This document shows positions 58,952 to 64,000 of a stretch of DNA of 64,000 nucleotides, in pieces. Every line of letters begins with the position of its first letter. The first letter of the stretch is position 1. The notes under the pieces are model-generated. The model worked only from the letters and a program-made list of their open reading frames with translations. It was not told where the DNA came from and ran no database searches. Origin of the DNA: an uncultured Acidimicrobiia bacterium (GTDB lineage: Bacteria > Acidobacteriota > Terriglobia > Versatilivoradales > Versatilivoraceae); assembly GCA_963786955.1 (NCBI GenBank), contig CAWBAT010000005.1, positions 1,399,759 to 1,463,758 on the forward strand, read 5' to 3'. A program made the position numbers and the translations under genes.

Positions 58952-61228
58952 ATGTCAAAGCGGTTCGTGAACATGTTTCTGTTCTCACTTCTTGTAGTTG
59001 CCCTGAATGGAGTCTCAGCAGGGCCGGTCGAAGAGAGGCTTTTGGGCTTTGAAGCTGAAAGTTCTAAACGACAAATCGCCTTGGAAGAGCGCTTTGATTC
59101 GCTATTGGACGGGAAGAATCTTCGGCTCTGGATGGAAAGGATGACAGCAAAACCACATCATCTCGGTTCACCCTTTGGCAAGGAAGTGGCTGAATTCATT
59201 GCTGGCCAGTTTCGCTCCTGGGGTTATGAGACCGAAATTGAAAAATTTGACGTCCTCTTCCCGACCCCCAAGCAACGCTTGCTGGAAATGACGGCGCCCG
59301 AGCATTTTGTCGCCTCATTGGATGAACCTGCCCTGAAGGAAGACCGGACCTCTGGTGTAACCGGAAACAGACTTCCGCCGTACAACGCCTATTCCATCGA
59401 TGGGGATGTAACGGGCCTGCTTGTATACGCGAACTATGGACTCCCCAAAGACTATGAATATTTGGAGTCGAAAGGAATTAACGTCAAAGGCAAGATCATC
59501 ATCGTGCGCTACGGTGGTTCCTGGCGTGGAATTAAGCCGAAGGTTGCTGCCGAACACGGAGCCATTGGATGCATCATTTATTCGGACCCGCGAGACGACG
59601 GGTATTTTCAAGGCGATGATTATCCGAAAGGTTCATGGAGAAACGAGCGGGGGGCGCAACGAGGCTCGGTACTCGACATGCCCGTCTATCCGGGAGATCC
59701 ATTGACTCCCGGTGCATCCGCGACGGCCGCTGCGAAGCGCCTTCCAGTAAGAGAAGCCAAAACACTGACCCAGATCCCGGTGCTGCCGATTTCCTACGGT
59801 GATGCCGTGCCACTGCTTCGATCCCTCGGGGGCCGGGTGGTGCCTGAAGACTGGCGTGGGACGTTGCCGCTCACTTACCATATCGGCCCGGGTCCCGCAA
59901 CGGTGCATCTGAAGCTGGAGTTCAGCTGGGACCTGGCGACGACCCATAATGTGATTGCCCGAATCCGTGGGGCCGAAAGGCCCGACCAATGGGTGATTCG
60001 CGGAAACCATCATGATGCCTGGGTATTTGGCGCCTATGACCCTGTCAGCGGGCTCGTCTCTTTGATGGAAGAGGCTCGCGCAGTGGCTGCCCTGAAAAAG
60101 TCCGGCTGGAGGCTCAAGCGCACAATTATTTATTGCGCCTGGGACGGGGAAGAACCGGGATTGATAGGGTCGACGGAGTGGGTGGAAGACCATGAAGAAG
60201 AGTTGTCAAAGAAGGCGGTCGTGTATGTGAACTCAGACTCCAACGGGGCAGGGTTTTTGGCGATGGGAGGGACTCCAAGCCTGGAGAAGTTCATGAATCA
60301 GGCCGCCCGGTCCGTAATGGACCCTCAAAAAGCGGTTTCAGTTCTCGAACGCGCCAGGGCTTTTGCGATTGTCAAGGGTGATGCAGAGACGCGGCAAATG
60401 GCCCGCCAGAAGCAGGACTTGCCGCTAACGGCGCTCGGATCGGGGTCCGACTATACCCCGTTTCTGCAGCATCTCGGAATTCCTGCACTGAACCTGTTGT
60501 TCTTTGGTGAGGAAGGGGGCGGATCGTACCACTCGATTTACGACTCTTTTGATTACTACACTCGGTTTGTCGATCCAGATTTCGAGTACGGCGTCACCCT
60601 AGCAAAAACCGCAGGGCGTGCGATTCTCCGCTTTGCCAACGCCGACGTCTTGCCCTATGAATTTCTTAGCCTCTCTGAAAAAGTGGATTCTTATCTAAAG
60701 GAATTAGTCAAACTTACGGAGAGTATTCGCGAGGCAAACGAAGAGAAAAAGCTTTTAATCACAGAGAAGAGCGTGGAAATCACCCTCCAGCCTAAAGAAA
60801 TCTATATTCCACCTCAGGCTCTTTCTGAAGTCCCATACCTGAATTTTTCTCCTCTGCAGAATGCGGCGGCCAACTTAAAAACAAGTGCCCTCGGTTATCA
60901 CGAAGCTCTGAAAGCCTTTGGGACTTCGGGTGTCGGATTGCCCGAGCGGACTCAAGAGACCCTAAACCAAATCCTCATAGGCGCAGAAAGAGCCCTCCTT
61001 CGAACAGAAGGGCTGCCCGGACACCCTTGGTTCCGCCACCAACTTTACGCGCCAGGAAAATACACGGGATATGATGTCAAAACGATTCCAGGGGTGCGTG
61101 AAGCAATTGAACAGCGAAATTGGGAGGAAGCCAATCGCGAGATCAAACTCGTCGCCAGAACCCTCGATGGACTTGTGACCGTGATTGAGCAGGCGTCGGC
61201 GGTTTTGAAGCCAGTGAAGGGCAAATAG
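58952..61228 (+). CDS. M28-family metallopeptidase with PA and transferrin-receptor-like dimerisation domains (glutamate carboxypeptidase II-like)
   Basis: Signal peptide. PA-domain segment (GKIIIVRYGG). Zinc ligand contexts HHDAW, WDGEEPGLIGS and GSDYTPF..., with a long helical C-terminal domain. Confidence 0.8.
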   Translation: MSKRFVNMFLFSLLVVALNGVSAGPVEERLLGFEAESSKRQIALEERFDSLLDGKNLRLWMERMTAKPHHLGSPFGKEVAEFIAGQFRSWGYETEIEKFDVLFPTPKQRLLEMTAPEHFVASLDEPALKEDRTSGVTGNRLPPYNAYSIDGDVTGLLVYANYGLPKDYEYLESKGINVKGKIIIVRYGGSWRGIKPKVAAEHGAIGCIIYSDPRDDGYFQGDDYPKGSWRNERGAQRGSVLDMPVYPGDPLTPGASATAAAKRLPVREAKTLTQIPVLPISYGDAVPLLRSLGGRVVPEDWRGTLPLTYHIGPGPATVHLKLEFSWDLATTHNVIARIRGAERPDQWVIRGNHHDAWVFGAYDPVSGLVSLMEEARAVAALKKSGWRLKRTIIYCAWDGEEPGLIGSTEWVEDHEEELSKKAVVYVNSDSNGAGFLAMGGTPSLEKFMNQAARSVMDPQKAVSVLERARAFAIVKGDAETRQMARQKQDLPLTALGSGSDYTPFLQHLGIPALNLLFFGEEGGGSYHSIYDSFDYYTRFVDPDFEYGVTLAKTAGRAILRFANADVLPYEFLSLSEKVDSYLKELVKLTESIREANEEKKLLITEKSVEITLQPKEIYIPPQALSEVPYLNFSPLQNAAANLKTSALGYHEALKAFGTSGVGLPERTQETLNQILIGAERALLRTEGLPGHPWFRHQLYAPGKYTGYDVKTIPGVREAIEQRNWEEANREIKLVARTLDGLVTVIEQASAVLKPVKGK

Positions 61229-61234
61229 GCACGT

Positions 61235-61318
61235 ATTCCGAAGTTGGGTAAACGTGTTAGGTGGAGCGGGCGCTCCCGCGCACGCTCAGAGAACACGCGG
61301 CGGAGCGCGCGTTCCACC
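61235..61318 (+). repeat. Composite repeat, partial copy C
   Basis: attccgaagttggg is directly followed by the hairpin ggtggagcgggcgctcccgcgcacgctcagagaacacgcggcggagcgcgcgttccacc. Confidence 0.65.
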
Positions 61319-61346
61319 CTAGAACAAGGACTTCTGAAACTTAGTA

Positions 61347-62123
61347 CTAGAGCCGGTTGATCAGACTTGCGACAAATCCAGCTCCGAAACCATTGTCGAT
61401 GTTGACGACGGTGACATTGGAAGCGCAACTGTTCAACATTCCCAGGAGCGCAGCGATGCCCTGGAAACTGGCTCCGTAACCAATGCTGGTAGGGACCGCA
61501 ATGACCGGGACAGAAACCAGCCCGCCGACAACGCTCGGTAAGGCGCCTTCCATTCCCGCGACCACAATAATGACCCTGGCCTGCGTCAACCGTTCCCGTT
61601 CGCTGAGAAGCCGATGGATTCCGGCAACACCCACATCCACAAGGCATTCCACCTGGTTCCCCATTGCCTCTGCGGTCACCTGGGCTTCTTTCGCCACCGG
61701 GATGTCCGCCGTTCCGGCACAGGCGACCAGGATTTTCCCTTTTCCATATTCGGTCTTGTCGCGCTGAACCAAAATAGTTCCTGGGTCCGGAAAGAATTTG
61801 GCCTTAGAATCCATTTTCTTGATCTCCCGAAAAACAGTTTGATCGGTACGGGTGATCAACAAGTTTTGTTTATTGACTAGCATCCGCTTGGCAATGGCTT
61901 TGATTTGAGCTACCGTCTTCCCGCGCCCAAAAATGACTTCCGGAAAACCTTGCCTCAGTGCTCGGTGATGATCGATCCTGGCGAATCCGATGTCTTCATA
62001 GGGCAGTTGCTTTAGACGAGAAACCCCATCGTCGACGGAATACGTGCCGTTCTTGACGTCTCTGAGGATTTGGCGGATCTCGTTTTCGGTCATAGTCACC
62101 TCTTCAATTCTTGCTTCATCCAT
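61347..62123 (-). CDS. larB: LarB-like (PurE-fold) nickel-pincer cofactor biosynthesis carboxylase/hydrolase
   Basis: N-terminal [23 protein letters not shown] and PurE-like [17 protein letters not shown]...[10 protein letters not shown]. Confidence 0.7.
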   Translation of the reverse strand: MDEARIEEVTMTENEIRQILRDVKNGTYSVDDGVSRLKQLPYEDIGFARIDHHRALRQGFPEVIFGRGKTVAQIKAIAKRMLVNKQNLLITRTDQTVFREIKKMDSKAKFFPDPGTILVQRDKTEYGKGKILVACAGTADIPVAKEAQVTAEAMGNQVECLVDVGVAGIHRLLSERERLTQARVIIVVAGMEGALPSVVGGLVSVPVIAVPTSIGYGASFQGIAALLGMLNSCASNVTVVNIDNGFGAGFVASLINRL

Positions 62124-62203
62124 CTCAGTTGTCTAGCCAATTTGATGCACAGACTGTCAGTTAACGACATTTTGTTATAGTATTTCAAGCTTCCTGTAAG
62201 TAT

Positions 62204-62836
62204 TTGACCCGCGAGGACTCAAAACCTTTGGAAATTACAATCGCAATCACCGGTGCCAGCGGCGCCATTTATCCTGTTCGCCTTTTGAAACATTTGTCTG
62301 CTGAGCCCCAGATCAGCGGTATCTATGTCGTTGCTTCCGCGGCTGGACTTCGAGTCATGCATGAAGAGTTGAACATGGGTCCAGTTAGCCTGAAGTCGCT
62401 GGCCGAAAAGGTCACCGACGGCAATAGTCAAAAAATTACGGTTCTCAACAACAACGATATTGGAGCCAGGATCGCGAGTGGGTCTTACCCGGTTGATGCG
62501 ATGGTCATCATCCCTTGCAGCATGGGCACTCTCGGCAGTATTGCCCACGGGATATCGCGGGATTTGATTCAAAGAGCTGCGGATGTGATTCTCAAGGAGC
62601 GGAGGAAACTATTACTCATAACGCGTGATACTCCGCTTAATTTGATTCATCTAGAGAATATGAAGATGCTGACCCTGGCAGGAGGGATTGTATTTCCGGC
62701 TGTTCCTTCGTTTTACCATCGGCCGGTTTCACTGGAGGAGGCTGTGGATCAATTCCTGTATCGGGTCATGCAACACTTGGGTTTGAATCCGAGTAATGCT
62801 TACCGTTGGGAAGGCAGCGGAGACCGGCCGGAATGA
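62204..62836 (+). CDS. ubiX: UbiX-type flavin prenyltransferase
   Basis: ITIAITGASGAIYPVRLL, IIPCSMGTLGSIAHGIS and LKERRKLLLITRDTPL. Confidence 0.85.
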   Translation: MTREDSKPLEITIAITGASGAIYPVRLLKHLSAEPQISGIYVVASAAGLRVMHEELNMGPVSLKSLAEKVTDGNSQKITVLNNNDIGARIASGSYPVDAMVIIPCSMGTLGSIAHGISRDLIQRAADVILKERRKLLLITRDTPLNLIHLENMKMLTLAGGIVFPAVPSFYHRPVSLEEAVDQFLYRVMQHLGLNPSNAYRWEGSGDRPE

Positions 62837-62953
62837 AACCATTCTTTTCTGAAACCCGGAAGAATAAGGTTGGGCGTGTGATTCGCGTGTGCCGTTCTTC
62901 CGCTCTCCTGAACTTCACTTCTGACGTTCCCGTCTCAATAAATTAGTTGATCT

Positions 62954-63817
62954 ATGTCCACACACTTCTTCAAACACCTCAAGATTACGTTAGAGATGAT
63001 CAAGTTTGAGCACACGGTTTTCGCATTACCGTTTGCCCTGTTGAGCGCCATTCTGGCTTCCAATGGCTGGCCGCATGGTTCGAAGCTGTTGTGGATCCTC
63101 GCAGCCATGATCGGTGCACGCAGCGCGGCGATGACCTTTAATCGAATTGCGGACTGGCCTATTGACGCTGCCAACCCTCGCACCCGAATGCGAGCCCTGC
63201 CTGCCGGGCTTTTAAGCCGTAGTTTTGCAGTCCTTTTCACATTGGCGTCAAGTCTTCTTTTCATCCTGGCGGCTTCCCAACTCAACCGATTGTGTCTGTG
63301 GCTGGCATTCCCCGTGTTATTTATCCTCCTTTTCTATTCTTATACAAAACGCTTTACCAGCTACTCTCACATTGTTCTAGGAATTTGCCTCGGAATGGCT
63401 CCCCTTGGAGCCTGGATTGCCATCCGAGGAGATGTGGGCCTGCCCTCTATCTTGCTTTGTGTGATCGTGACTCTCTGGACCGCAGGTTTCGATATCATCT
63501 ATTCCTGCCAGGATACTGAATTCGACCGAGCGCGAAGTTTGTTCTCTATCCCCAAGCGATTTGGAGTCAAAGCCGCACTCAGAATTTCGACAGGCCTCCA
63601 TTTGTTGATGCTTCTTTTCTTGCTTGTACTCTTACGGATCGAGAAATTGGGCTGGATCAGCCTGCTGGGAACTGCAGTGGTTGCGGGACTCTTGTACTAC
63701 GAACACAGTCTCGTCCGTCCCAATGACCTCTCCAGAGTGAATGCCGCATTCTTTACAGTGAATGGATACATTAGCATCCTGCTTTTGATCGCAATAGGAT
63801 TAGATAAATTGATCTAG
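62954..63817 (+). CDS. ubiA: UbiA-superfamily aromatic prenyltransferase (4-hydroxybenzoate polyprenyltransferase-like)
   Basis: NRIADWPIDAANPRT (NxxxDxxxD), second Asp-rich motif YSCQDTEFD, and 8-9 TM helices. Confidence 0.75.
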   Translation: MSTHFFKHLKITLEMIKFEHTVFALPFALLSAILASNGWPHGSKLLWILAAMIGARSAAMTFNRIADWPIDAANPRTRMRALPAGLLSRSFAVLFTLASSLLFILAASQLNRLCLWLAFPVLFILLFYSYTKRFTSYSHIVLGICLGMAPLGAWIAIRGDVGLPSILLCVIVTLWTAGFDIIYSCQDTEFDRARSLFSIPKRFGVKAALRISTGLHLLMLLFLLVLLRIEKLGWISLLGTAVVAGLLYYEHSLVRPNDLSRVNAAFFTVNGYISILLLIAIGLDKLI

Positions 63818-63838
63818 TACTCAGCTGCGAAGTCCATT

Positions 63839-63981
63839 GCCCTGAAGGGGCAAGAGAAAGTAGCCCAGGGCAGAGTGGAGGGCGAAGCCCGGAGCGGCGC
63901 CCTGGGTCACGGACCACCCACGAAAGGGCACCCTGGAGGGGTGCCACACGTCTCGTCCGGGTTGTCGCGCCCCTTCAGGGC
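63839..63981. repeat. Large nested palindromic (REP-like) element
   Basis: Outer arms gccctgaagggg (63839-63850) / ccccttcagggc (63970-63981). Inner arms cccagggc/gccctggg and gggcaccc/ggggtgcc. Confidence 0.55.
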
Positions 63982-64000
63982 GCCGATGATTCATTGGGAC

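Noticed and set aside
1-64000. Search for tRNA, rRNA, tmRNA, RNase P, SRP RNA or 6S RNA signatures in the intergenic regions
   Set aside because: I found no T-loop GGTTCGAATCC-type sequences, no conserved RNase P/SRP/tmRNA blocks and no rRNA-like stretches by eye. A covariance-model scan would be needed for certainty.

Overview
64-kb chromosomal window (about 50% GC) from a diderm bacterium. The gene repertoire (YncE/phosphoesterase fusion, TfR-type M28 peptidase, tandem retropepsin, many GC-rich REP-like palindromes) hints at an Acidobacteriota-like soil organism, but that is inference only. I saw no rRNA, tRNA, CRISPR array or intact transposase. The dominant theme is phosphate starvation. 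There is an intact phoB - porin - pstS-pstC-pstA-pstB-phoU string (45.5-53.3 kb) and a second pstS-pstC-pstA-pstB-pstS' string (33.4-38.6 kb). phoX, ppk1, a YncE/phosphoesterase fusion and a secreted metallophosphoesterase are also present. Eight transcription units are preceded by the same 11-bp-phased TT(A/C)A(C/T) direct-repeat motif, which I read as candidate Pho boxes. The most striking observation is that thirteen genes between about 16.9 and 44.2 kb are interrupted by at least 30 one-nucleotide indels. About 28 kb of coding sequence in the two flanks has none. This is either a decaying (redundant or acquired) island or a locally unpolished assembly stretch, and sequence alone cannot decide. 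Other items: two paralogous CheY-like receivers share a conserved upstream region, and one is bracketed by 140-bp direct repeats that duplicate the ends of two convergent genes. A 2-kb two-gene segment is bracketed by inverted ~80-bp repeats plus MITE-like elements. A ~190-bp composite repeat family has three copies. A PHP-GT4 fusion sits next to a six-hairpin glycosidase. A pseudo-receiver is fused to an RsbW-like kinase domain. There are several truncated gene stubs and a 5'-truncated IS630 remnant. I did not find convincing evidence of a complete, novel multi-gene system such as a defence island, so the candidates below are scored modestly.
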